Shown here: piece by piece, positions 18,348 through 27,605 of the stretch | Position numbering within the stretch: the first letter of the stretch is position 1 | How the letters are laid out: every line of letters begins with the position of its first letter | Assembly: GCA_031369365.1 (NCBI GenBank) | Contig: JANMOP010000014.1 | Coordinates: forward strand, 4,680 to 68,679 | Direction of reading: 5' to 3' | DNA length: 64,000 nucleotides | DNA from: Methylotenera sp. | GTDB taxonomy: Bacteria; Pseudomonadota; Gammaproteobacteria; Burkholderiales; Methylophilaceae | The notes under the pieces: model-generated | The model's database searches: none | Told to the model about the DNA's origin: nothing | What the model saw: only the letters and a program-made list of their open reading frames with translations | Made by a program: the position numbers and the translations under genes

Positions 18348-19709
18348 CTAATGATTTTCATTAGATTGTGGCTGCTTAGCCCAGCGTATAAAGCTTGTGT
18401 AGTACTCTGGCTGGCGTAAGCACAAGTAAATAGTGACGACAATATTGAGTAAAGCGGTAGCTAAAAATAGCTGTGGAATGCTGAAGCCAAGCTTGAAAAT
18501 CCAAATTGAAAAGCCCGCAGATGCCACCATAAATAAGGCGTTCATAATATTGTTGGCGGCAATCACGCGCGATTGATGGCTTTTTTCAGAGCGCGTTTGT
18601 AACAGCACATACAATGGAACAATGTAAAAGCCGCCAAATAGGCCAATTAAAGCGATGTCGGCGAGTAAGCGCCAATGGCTAAGCGTACTAATGCTAGGTG
18701 TACTAATATTAAGCGTGCCAATAAAGCTTAAATAACTTTGCAAGGCAGGGCTGGAAGCCGCATGGATACTAGTGCTTGAGGCATACAAATCTGCACCAAA
18801 TAGCGTTAAACCAATCGCGCCAAACACTACCAAACCTATCTCTACGCGGCCTTTAGAGAGCTTTTCACACAGTAGCGAGCCCAGCCCAATGCCAATAGAA
18901 AACACAGAAAGCAGCAAAATAAATACGCTTTCGTCACCATGCAAAACGTCTTTAGCCAAGCTGGGAAACTGTGCCAACAAAGTTGCGCCGTAAAACCAAA
19001 ACCATGAAATAGCCACAATCGCCAACCAAATTTGTTGTTGCGGCCATATCAACTTGACGTTGCGTATGGTTTCGGTGATGGGGTTCCAATTAATTTTAAG
19101 TGCGCTATCTGCAGCGGGTGAGTTTGGCACGCCACGACTTGTGCAATAACCCAGCATGGCAATAAATAAAATGGCGATGCTGGTGAATAACTCGTGCTGA
19201 TGCACGGTAGCGAGCCATGCGCCTAGCACTTGGCCAAGCAAAATGGCCACAAAGCTACCCATTTCCACCATGCCATTGCCGCCTATTAGCTCGTGTTCTT
19301 TTAAATGTTGCGGTAAATAGGAGTATTTAACAGGACCAAACAAGGTGGAATGCATGCCCATCATAAAAAGTGCAGTTGCCAACAGCCAAATGTTGTGCAT
19401 AAAAAAGCCTACACTGGCAAATAGCATAATGGCAATCTCAAACGCTTTAACCAAGCGAATAATCTGCGATTTTTCATACTTATCAGCGATTTGCCCTGCA
19501 GTGGCCGAGAACAAAAAGAACGGCAAAATAAACACGCCTGGCAATAGTGTAACCAGCGTTGCACCATCTAGGCTACTAAGACTAGCTGCATGAAATGCCA
19601 CCAAGGTGATAAGCGCAGTTTTAAATACATTATCGTTAAATGCACCTAAAAACTGGGTGAAGAAAAAAGGGCGAAAACGTTGTTCTTTTAATAATTGAAA
19701 TTGATTCAC
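18348..19709 (-). CDS. lplT: MFS lysophospholipid transporter-like protein
   Basis: FFTQFLGAFNDN, HSTLFGP.KY and RVIAANNIMNA motifs; translationally coupled to aas. Confidence 0.75.
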   Translation of the reverse strand: MNQFQLLKEQRFRPFFFTQFLGAFNDNVFKTALITLVAFHAASLSSLDGATLVTLLPGVFILPFFLFSATAGQIADKYEKSQIIRLVKAFEIAIMLFASVGFFMHNIWLLATALFMMGMHSTLFGPVKYSYLPQHLKEHELIGGNGMVEMGSFVAILLGQVLGAWLATVHQHELFTSIAILFIAMLGYCTSRGVPNSPAADSALKINWNPITETIRNVKLIWPQQQIWLAIVAISWFWFYGATLLAQFPSLAKDVLHGDESVFILLLSVFSIGIGLGSLLCEKLSKGRVEIGLVVFGAIGLTLFGADLYASSTSIHAASSPALQSYLSFIGTLNISTPSISTLSHWRLLADIALIGLFGGFYIVPLYVLLQTRSEKSHQSRVIAANNIMNALFMVASAGFSIWIFKLGFSIPQLFLATALLNIVVTIYLCLRQPEYYTSFIRWAKQPQSNENH

Positions 19710-21853
19710 TAAGCGCTTTCAGCCATTTGTTTCAACGTCACATAATCAGTTTTGCCAGTGCCCAACAGTGGTATTGCCTCAATGCAAATTATTTTACGGG
19801 CGACTGCCAGTTCTGGCAGACCGAGATTTTTTGCGACAATCTGCAAATCTTCACGTTTTAATTGTGTATCGGTAGTAAATAAGATAATGCATTCGCCCCG
19901 CTGCGCATCAATGCTGGAGCTAGCGGCATGTTGATGCTCTGTTGCAGCGGTGTTTGCGATATGCTCGACCACTTCGAGTGAGACCATCTCGCCTGCCACT
20001 TTGGCAAAGCGTTTCACGCGGCCTTTAATATGCACAAATCCTTCTGCATCAACATCAACAATATCGCCTGTGTTATACCAGCCAAGCCCATATGCTGTTT
20101 GAGGCGGATTAAGCACGCCAGGTGCGTCAAATAAGTAGTAACCCATCATCACATTTTCGCCCTTAACGTGTAACAGCCCGCCATTGTCAATGCCAGACAC
20201 CGCTTCCAGCTTATGTTCTAAGCCAGGTAAAAATTGGCCGACGCTGCCGCTTAAGTTAGCGATAGGCGTGTTGGCTGAGATCACGGGCGCACATTCGGTG
20301 GTGCCGTAGCCTTCTAAGATGCGAATACCAAATTTTTCAGAATAGGTTTTACGTACTTCCTCATTCAATTTTTCCGCGCCTGCTACCACAATTCTAAGTT
20401 TATAAAAATCAAACGGGTGGGCGAATTTAGCGTAGTTGGCTAAAAAGGTACTAGTGGCAAAAAATAGGGTGCAACCACGGTCGTAAATGATTTCTGGAAT
20501 GACTTTGTATTGCAAAGGCGAAGGGAATACATGAATTTTGATGCCACCCAGCAAGGCGATGAGCGTGCCTGTGAAGCCAAACGAGTGAAACACGGGCAAC
20601 ACCATCATCATTTTATCGGTGGGGTTAAAATCTAACACGGCTGATATTTGTGCCACATTGGCCAAAATGCTTTTATGCGAATGCACAACGCCTTTGGGTT
20701 TGCCCTCACTGCCTGAGGTGAACAATATCACAGCGGGCTGATCATGCTTGTTGGTTTCCATGGCAGAACGTGGATAATGCAGGGCGTAACCCATGAGCCA
20801 GGCGCGATCCATCATGCCAAATTGCGCGCGTAAATCTTCTAAATAAACGATATTGAGATTTTGAAAATTGGCAACCACGCTTTCAAGGCTGGCGGCCTCT
20901 ATAAACTTACGCGAGGTAATCACTGTTTTGATATTGGCGGCAATACAGGCGTTTTGCATACCTGCCGTGCCAGCCGTGTAATTGAGCATAGCGGGAATGC
21001 GGTTAAATGCGCTCATGCCCAAAATAAGCGCCAGTGTGTTGGTAATATTGGGCATAAGTACGGCCACGGCCTCATTAGGCGCACTGACTTTAGTGGCTAA
21101 TTTACCTAAAGCTAAACTTTTCTTCAGCAAGTCTTGATAGGTTTCTTCGGTTTCATTTAAGTCTTCGATTAATTTATAGTTGCCGCCAAATTTATCGACC
21201 GCATCTAAAAAAGCCTCGAACAAGGTGCGATTTTTTTGTGCTTGAAACAGCATTTTTTGCATTACACTGCGCATACCCTCACCCGCAATGCGCCGTCTTT
21301 GCTTGGCTGTAGGAAAGCTATGATGTGATGGTTCAGGCATCGCCACGCTGGTGGTGGGCATGATGGTTAAGGTCACTCTGGGGTGAAGTTTTCGTGGATG
21401 GTGGCTGGATAAGCGCCCAAAATAGGATTCTGCCGCGCCATCAATACGCACAGGCAAAATGGTGGCACCCGTTTTAGCCGCAACAAAACCTGGGCCATCG
21501 TAAACCTTCATCAAGCTGCCTGTGATGGTGATGCGCCCTTCAGGGAAAATCACCACATTTTTACCAGCTTCTAGCAACTTAATGACTTTTTTCATGGCGT
21601 ATGGGCTGGCGGGATCGACCGCCAAATGCGGAGTTAGTCGTAAAAATTGCCTAAACCACCAGTTTTTTAGCACGGTGGTATGCACAACAAACGTCGCTTT
21701 TTTGGGGATAAATAGCCCCAGCAATAAGCCATCTAAAAACGATTCGTGATTGGCGACAATCAATATGCCATCCTCAGCGGGGATGTTCTCTAAACCGCGC
21801 AATTCAACGCGAAATAGTATTCTGCTTATAAAACGTAACATGCTGGCTAACAT
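19709..21853 (-). CDS. aas: Bifunctional 2-acyl-GPE acyltransferase / acyl-ACP synthetase
   Basis: N-terminal NHESFLD and FPEGR acyltransferase motifs; C-terminal AMP-binding FTSGSEGKPKG, EGYGTTE and TGD motifs. Confidence 0.93.
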   Translation of the reverse strand: MLASMLRFISRILFRVELRGLENIPAEDGILIVANHESFLDGLLLGLFIPKKATFVVHTTVLKNWWFRQFLRLTPHLAVDPASPYAMKKVIKLLEAGKNVVIFPEGRITITGSLMKVYDGPGFVAAKTGATILPVRIDGAAESYFGRLSSHHPRKLHPRVTLTIMPTTSVAMPEPSHHSFPTAKQRRRIAGEGMRSVMQKMLFQAQKNRTLFEAFLDAVDKFGGNYKLIEDLNETEETYQDLLKKSLALGKLATKVSAPNEAVAVLMPNITNTLALILGMSAFNRIPAMLNYTAGTAGMQNACIAANIKTVITSRKFIEAASLESVVANFQNLNIVYLEDLRAQFGMMDRAWLMGYALHYPRSAMETNKHDQPAVILFTSGSEGKPKGVVHSHKSILANVAQISAVLDFNPTDKMMMVLPVFHSFGFTGTLIALLGGIKIHVFPSPLQYKVIPEIIYDRGCTLFFATSTFLANYAKFAHPFDFYKLRIVVAGAEKLNEEVRKTYSEKFGIRILEGYGTTECAPVISANTPIANLSGSVGQFLPGLEHKLEAVSGIDNGGLLHVKGENVMMGYYLFDAPGVLNPPQTAYGLGWYNTGDIVDVDAEGFVHIKGRVKRFAKVAGEMVSLEVVEHIANTAATEHQHAASSSIDAQRGECIILFTTDTQLKREDLQIVAKNLGLPELAVARKIICIEAIPLLGTGKTDYVTLKQMAESA

Positions 21854-21990
21854 ACCGCTCCCTAAATATCGTTCTTTATGTAATTTAAAACGCTTTGATT
21901 TTCAGACATAACTACATAATTAGTTATTTAGATGTATGTGTCTAGCATAATGTTAATAATTTTAAAATAGTCACAATAAAGCACAAATAA

Positions 21991-22032
21991 AAACGGGCGC
22001 CCAATAAAAAACGGACACCTAGGCGCCCGTTT
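21991..22032 (-). terminator. Terminator downstream of amtB with a duplicated arm
   Basis: On the minus strand AAACGGGCGCC can pair with GGTGTCCGTTT or with GGCGCCCGTTT; each is followed by a T-run. Confidence 0.65.
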
Positions 22033-22052
22033 GCTTATTGCTAGTTTAAAAA

Positions 22053-23615
22053 TTATGAATGATAAGCACGTTCGCCATGCTCTGTTGTGTCTAAGCCTTC
22101 GCGCTCAGATTCTTCAGATACACGTAAACCAATGACCAAGTCTACAATTTTAAGTGCTATGTATGACACTACTGCAGAAACCACAATGGCAGTACCAACA
22201 GCCCATAATTGCGCTGTCATTTGTGCTGCAAAGTTATACTCTGCAACACCGTTTGCTACGTAGTCAATCACACCAGCGCCACCCAATGCAGGGTTTACAA
22301 ACACGCCAGTAGCTAACGCACCAAAAATACCACCTACGGCGTGAATACCAAATACATCAAGTGCATCATCGTAACCAAACATGTATTTCACTTTGGCCAC
22401 AAACATGTAGCAAATAGGTGAAACCAATAAGCCGATGATAATGGCTGCCATCGGGCCAACGAAACCGCATGCTGGCGTAATGGCAACTAGGCCAGCAACC
22501 GCGCCAGAAGCGGCACCCAACATAGATGGTTTTGATTTGTGGAACCACTCAATAAACATCCAAGAAAGTGTTGCTGCACCTGCTGCAATCATAGTGTTTA
22601 AAAAAGCTAAGGCTGCGTAGCCGTTTGCCTCTAAGTTAGAGCCTGCGTTAAAACCAAACCAGCCCACCCACAACAATGCTGCACCTACCATGGTTAAGGT
22701 TAAGCTGTGCGGCGTCATCGCCTCTTTGCCGTAGCCAATACGTTTGCCTAACACAAAGCATGCTACCAAACCTGCCACGCCTGCATTAATATGCACCACT
22801 GTGCCGCCTGCAAAGTCTAATGCGCCTTTTGCCCACAACCAACCAGCATTTGCTAATACGGTATTTAAAGATTCAGCAGTTGTAATTGCATCTGGGCCAT
22901 CCCAATACCAAACCATGTGAGCGATTGGTAAGTAAGCAAAAGTAAACCATAACACCATAAAAGCTAATACGGCTGAGAATTTCATACGCTCAGCAAATGC
23001 GCCAATAATTAAAGCGGGAGTAATGGCTGCAAAAGTAAGTTGAAAAGCCACAAATATTAGCTCTGGAATATACACACCCTTGCTAAATGTAGCGGCAATG
23101 GATTCGGGTGTAATTCCCATTAAAAAGGCTTTTCCAAAACCACCAAAAAATGGGTTACCACCTGTAAACGCAACGCTGTAACCGTAAACAGCCCACAACA
23201 CGCCCATTAGCGAAAATATAACAAACGTTTGCATTAATACCGAGAGCATATTTTTTTGACGCACTAAGCCGCCATAAAATAAAGCTAAACCTGGAATGAC
23301 CATCAGGGATACCAATGCGGTAGCCACTATCATCCAAGCCGTATCTCCTTTGTTGGGTACTGGCGTTGGCGTAGCAGTAGCTTCAACAGGTGTGGCTTCG
23401 GTTGCCACTGCCTCAGCTGTGGTTACAGTTGATTCAACAGCAGCATCTACAGTACTTTCTACAGCACCTTCAACAGCCACTGATTCAACTGTTGCTGCTG
23501 CAGCTTCTGCGGTTGTTATATCTTCGGCATAAGAAAGCTGCGTTGCGCCAAAACCTAACAAAGCAAGCAATGATAAAACCGATAAGAATTTCTTCATGTC
23601 CCAAATCTTATTCAT
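22053..23615 (-). CDS. amtB: Ammonium transporter AmtB with signal peptide and low-complexity N-terminal extension
   Basis: GLALFYGGLVR, FQLTFAAIT, DFAGGTVVH, GWFGFNAGS and DDALDVFGIH motifs. Start 23615 is chosen from the AGGGG RBS overlapping the glnK stop. Confidence 0.95.
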   Translation of the reverse strand: MNKIWDMKKFLSVLSLLALLGFGATQLSYAEDITTAEAAAATVESVAVEGAVESTVDAAVESTVTTAEAVATEATPVEATATPTPVPNKGDTAWMIVATALVSLMVIPGLALFYGGLVRQKNMLSVLMQTFVIFSLMGVLWAVYGYSVAFTGGNPFFGGFGKAFLMGITPESIAATFSKGVYIPELIFVAFQLTFAAITPALIIGAFAERMKFSAVLAFMVLWFTFAYLPIAHMVWYWDGPDAITTAESLNTVLANAGWLWAKGALDFAGGTVVHINAGVAGLVACFVLGKRIGYGKEAMTPHSLTLTMVGAALLWVGWFGFNAGSNLEANGYAALAFLNTMIAAGAATLSWMFIEWFHKSKPSMLGAASGAVAGLVAITPACGFVGPMAAIIIGLLVSPICYMFVAKVKYMFGYDDALDVFGIHAVGGIFGALATGVFVNPALGGAGVIDYVANGVAEYNFAAQMTAQLWAVGTAIVVSAVVSYIALKIVDLVIGLRVSEESEREGLDTTEHGERAYHS

Positions 23616-23625
23616 GATAAGCCCC

Positions 23626-24003
<378 letters not shown>

Positions 24004-24017
24004 CTACGTTTAGCATT

Positions 24018-24033
24018 AGCAAAGCGCGTGCCA
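24018..24033 (-). promoter_or_regulatory. Sigma-54 (-24/-12) promoter of glnK-amtB
   Basis: Minus strand reads TGGCAC-GCGCT-TTGCT, an exact match to TGGCAC-N5-TTGC. Confidence 0.85.
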
Positions 24034-24152
24034 ACAAAAAACATGTTTACAATCAAACACATAATTAATATTTAATCAGCACAACAATTGTGATTTAGCT
24101 TTTAATATCTGCTAAACTATAAAATATAATCGTAAAACGTTAAGGCAAGCCT

Positions 24153-24404
24153 ATGTTTAATGCAGATAAAATTAATGAAATATCCAGCAAAATCAATGAG
24201 ATGATTAAATCAAGCCCGTTAGCGGATGTAGAAAAGAACATCAATGCACTAATTAAGGGCGCATTCACCAAATTGGAGCTTGTTTCACGCGAGGAGTTTG
24301 ATGTGCAAGCTGAAGTTTTGCGTAACACGCGTGAAAAGCTGGTAAAACTAGAAGCAACATTAGCTGAATTAGAAGCCAAAACCAAAAATAATATATCAAA
24401 TTAA
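24153..24404 (+). CDS. ubiK: Accessory factor UbiK/BMFP family
   Basis: KLELVSREEFDVQAEVL..TREKL..LE coiled coil; upstream of yifB/comM. Confidence 0.85.
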   Translation: MFNADKINEISSKINEMIKSSPLADVEKNINALIKGAFTKLELVSREEFDVQAEVLRNTREKLVKLEATLAELEAKTKNNISN

Positions 24405-24440
24405 AGTTAAAAATAGCAATGAATCAAACTTATAAAACAT

Positions 24441-24552
24441 TCCCTCGCCCAAGCAGGGCTGGGGCTAAAGTAAGTGCTAGGGAGGGGGTAGAAACTAAGC
24501 ATATTCAAGCTTTCACCCCCATTCCAACCTTCCCCCTAAAAAGGGGAAGGAG
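24441..24552. repeat. Degenerate intergenic member of the CCCTC(T/G)CCC...GGGAGAGGG palindromic family
   Basis: Left half CCCTCGCCC...GGGAGGGGG. The reverse complement of 24514-24552 matches metH unit 29377-29415 at 28/39 positions. Confidence 0.65.
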
Positions 24553-24573
24553 TCACGCAATCGAGCTGCCAAT

Positions 24574-26094
24574 ATGAGCCTAGCCGTGCTTTACAGCCGC
24601 GCGCTTAGTGGCATGGACGCGCCCGAGGTGGTGGTGGAAGTGCATCTCGCCAACGGCTTGCCGCAATTCACGATTGTGGGATTGCCCGAAGCAGAGGTGA
24701 AAGAGAGCAAAGACCGTGTACGCGCCGCCATTCTCACCGCACAGTTTGAGTTTCCCATGCGGCGCATCACGGTAAACCTAGCACCTGCCGACCTGCCTAA
24801 AGAAAGCGGTCGATACGACCTGCCCATCGCGTTAGGTATTTTGGCAGCCAGTGGGCAGATTCCTAAAGAGCCGCTCGCACGTTATGAAATTGCAGGCGAG
24901 TTAGCGCTCACTGGCGAGTTGCGCCCGATACGCGGCGCCCTAGCCATGACGTATCATATGCAACACAAGACAAAAATTAATCTTAAATTGAATGGCAAGC
25001 GCGCCTTTATTTTGCCCCAATTAAGTGCGCTAGAAGCAAGCTTAGTAAAAGATGCGATTATTTACCCCGCCAATTCTTTGCTAGAAGTGTGCGCGCACCT
25101 AAGTGGGCATACTGCTTTAAATCAGTATGAATCTAGCGCAGAACTACAAACAATCGCCTACCCCGATTTTGCCGAGGTAAAAGGTCAATCTCAAGCCAAA
25201 CGCGCGCTTGAAATTGCCGCCGCAGGTGGCCACAGCGTACTCATGAGCGGCCCGCCAGGCACAGGCAAAAGCATGTTGGCCGCACGTTTTGCAGGCATTT
25301 TACCCAGCATGACAGAGCATGAAGCATTAGAATCTGCCGCTATACAATCATTGAACGGAAGTTATAAGCTAGAAAATTGGAAGCGCAGACCGTACCGAAG
25401 CCCGCACCACACTGCTTCTGGCGTGGCGTTGGTGGGAGGGGGTGGCATTCCACGACCTGGTGAAATCTCGCTGGCGCACAACGGCGTGTTGTTTTTAGAC
25501 GAGCTGCCCGAGTTTGAGCGAAAAGTGCTAGAAGTGCTGCGTGAGCCTTTAGAAAGCGGCAAAATCACCATCAGCCGCGCCGCGCGTCAGGCCGATTTCC
25601 CCGCCAGTTTTCAACTACTCGCCGCCATGAACCCTTGCCCATGCGGTTATTTAGGCCACTTTAACAATAAGTGCAGATGCACGCCTGATAACGTGGCGCG
25701 CTACAAAGCCAAAATTTCAGGCCCCCTTTTAGACCGCATTGATTTACATATTGAAGTGCCTGCGCTAAAAGAAGACGAACTTACCACTGCCGCCAATGCA
25801 GAGAATAGCGACAGCATCCGTTCACGCGTTGAACGCGCCAGAGAACTGCAACTAAAACGCCAAGGTAAAGCTAATTTTGCGCTAGGTAGTTTAGAGATTG
25901 ATACATTTTGCCAGCCCGATGATGCAGGATTAACCTTGCTAAAAACCGCCATTTCGCGTTTAAATTTATCTGCGCGTGCCTACCATCGCATTTTAAAAGT
26001 GGCCAGAACTATCGCCGACTTGAGTGGAGATGTTGAAATAAAGCCTAGCCACATAGCGGAGGCGGTTCAATATAGGCGTGGCGATAGTAACTAA
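24574..26094 (+). CDS. comM: YifB/ComM family Mg-chelatase-like AAA+ ATPase
   Basis: NLAPADLPKE, GPPGTGKS, GEISLAHNGVLFLDE, AAMNPCPCG and GPLLDRID motifs. Confidence 0.93.
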   Translation: MSLAVLYSRALSGMDAPEVVVEVHLANGLPQFTIVGLPEAEVKESKDRVRAAILTAQFEFPMRRITVNLAPADLPKESGRYDLPIALGILAASGQIPKEPLARYEIAGELALTGELRPIRGALAMTYHMQHKTKINLKLNGKRAFILPQLSALEASLVKDAIIYPANSLLEVCAHLSGHTALNQYESSAELQTIAYPDFAEVKGQSQAKRALEIAAAGGHSVLMSGPPGTGKSMLAARFAGILPSMTEHEALESAAIQSLNGSYKLENWKRRPYRSPHHTASGVALVGGGGIPRPGEISLAHNGVLFLDELPEFERKVLEVLREPLESGKITISRAARQADFPASFQLLAAMNPCPCGYLGHFNNKCRCTPDNVARYKAKISGPLLDRIDLHIEVPALKEDELTTAANAENSDSIRSRVERARELQLKRQGKANFALGSLEIDTFCQPDDAGLTLLKTAISRLNLSARAYHRILKVARTIADLSGDVEIKPSHIAEAVQYRRGDSN

Positions 26095-26211
26095 AAGTAT
26101 GGGCTGATTGCCCGCTTTATGGCTAGAATTTAAGTGCTTTTATATAGGTCTATAATAACTAGCTTGATAATTAGCCTTGATAACTTATGGCTTAATAAGT
26201 GAAAGTAAATA

Positions 26212-27381
26212 ATGCAAACTGATTCTGAATCAAAAGTCGCCACTCAAACCAGCCCTGAGTTGCCAGCCGATCATTTATTTCCATCAAATGATCCCGTGCA
26301 AGTGAGAAATGTTGCTTTAATCATCATTTCTAGCATTGCAGTTATTTTTGCATTAGATTGGGCGCAAAGTTTTATCATCACCGTATTATTAGGCGGACTT
26401 TTAGCTTATGCATTAAATCCACTGGTAATAAAGCTAGAAAGCATCAAAGTGCACCGTGTTATTGGCGCATCTCTTATTGTCATTGCTTTGGTGGCTGGCA
26501 TCATCTTTTCAGGCTACGCGTTACGTGGTCAAGTGCAGTCAATCATTTCAATTTTACCTGAAGCTGCGGTTAAACTTACTTCTGGTTTTGCCGTAAAGCG
26601 TGGCGACCCGTTGACCAATATGCAAAAAGTGCAGATTGCAGCGAATCAAGTTGAAACAGCCGCTAGTTCAGTTGAAAACAACATTAAAACTAAAAAAAAA
26701 CCAGTCATGCGTGTGGTTTTAGAAGAGCCTAAATTTAAGATTGGTGATTTTCTTTGGCGCAGCTCTTTAGGCGTTTTCGGCTTTATTGCAGAAGCCATTA
26801 CCATGATTTTTCTCGCTTACTTTTTCCTGCTGTCTGGTGACATATTCAAGCGCAAACTAGTTAAAATTACTGGGCCTTCGTTAACGCGCAAAAAAATTAC
26901 AGTCAATATACTCATGGATATTAATAGCTCTATACAAGGCTACATGTTCATGTTGTTAATCACCAACATCATTGTCGGCGTTTTATCATGGATGGCATTT
27001 CGTGCGCTTGAATTAGAAAATGCGGGCGCGTGGGCTGTTGCAGCAGGGTTTTTGCATATAGTGCCCTATTTTGGCCCAGTTGCAACCGCAGCAGCCACTG
27101 GCATGGCTGCTTACATGCAATTTGATTCACTATTAATGGCCGTGACAGTTGCAGGCGCGTCTATTGTCATCGCCACTGTGGTTGGCGTATTTATTACCAC
27201 CTGGATGACAGGCCGCATCGCCAAAATGAACTCGGCCGCAGTTTTTATAGCGCTTATCTTTTTTTCTTGGTTGTGGGGACTCTGGGGCATGTTGCTTGGT
27301 ATTCCAGTTATCGTCATTTTAAAAGTTATTTGTGAGCATATTGAGCATTTACAGCCGATTGCCGAACTACTGGGTGAATAG
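26212..27381 (+). CDS. AI-2E family transporter
   Basis: Multi-TM; LLAYALNP, HIVPYFGP and WLWGLWGMLLGIP motifs. Confidence 0.85.
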   Translation: MQTDSESKVATQTSPELPADHLFPSNDPVQVRNVALIIISSIAVIFALDWAQSFIITVLLGGLLAYALNPLVIKLESIKVHRVIGASLIVIALVAGIIFSGYALRGQVQSIISILPEAAVKLTSGFAVKRGDPLTNMQKVQIAANQVETAASSVENNIKTKKKPVMRVVLEEPKFKIGDFLWRSSLGVFGFIAEAITMIFLAYFFLLSGDIFKRKLVKITGPSLTRKKITVNILMDINSSIQGYMFMLLITNIIVGVLSWMAFRALELENAGAWAVAAGFLHIVPYFGPVATAAATGMAAYMQFDSLLMAVTVAGASIVIATVVGVFITTWMTGRIAKMNSAAVFIALIFFSWLWGLWGMLLGIPVIVILKVICEHIEHLQPIAELLGE

Positions 27382-27605
27382 AAAGTGCTTTTTTAATTGG
27401 GCGAATCCAGCCTTAAATTTCTAATTTCTAAATTTTAATATTCATCATCAATATGCTGCAATTACTTTGTTTATAGCGCAGCACTTAATCACTTTAGGCA
27501 TCAGTTTTAGTTGGCTTGCAATTGTAGTTAGTTCGCAATACAAGTGAAACGGTCGCAACATGTTAAAATAATTCATTATTAGCCAATTGATTCAAATCTC
27601 ATTTA

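Noticed and set aside
24075-24095. NtrC site upstream of glnK (GCAC-N7-GTGA)
   Set aside because: Only a partial match to TGCAC-N7-GTGCA; too weak to call.
27382-27605. Cobalamin riboswitch upstream of metH (also checked upstream of eutB)
   Set aside because: The spacers are AT-rich, and neither the B12-box nor the conserved GGGAA/GCCACTG core was found.
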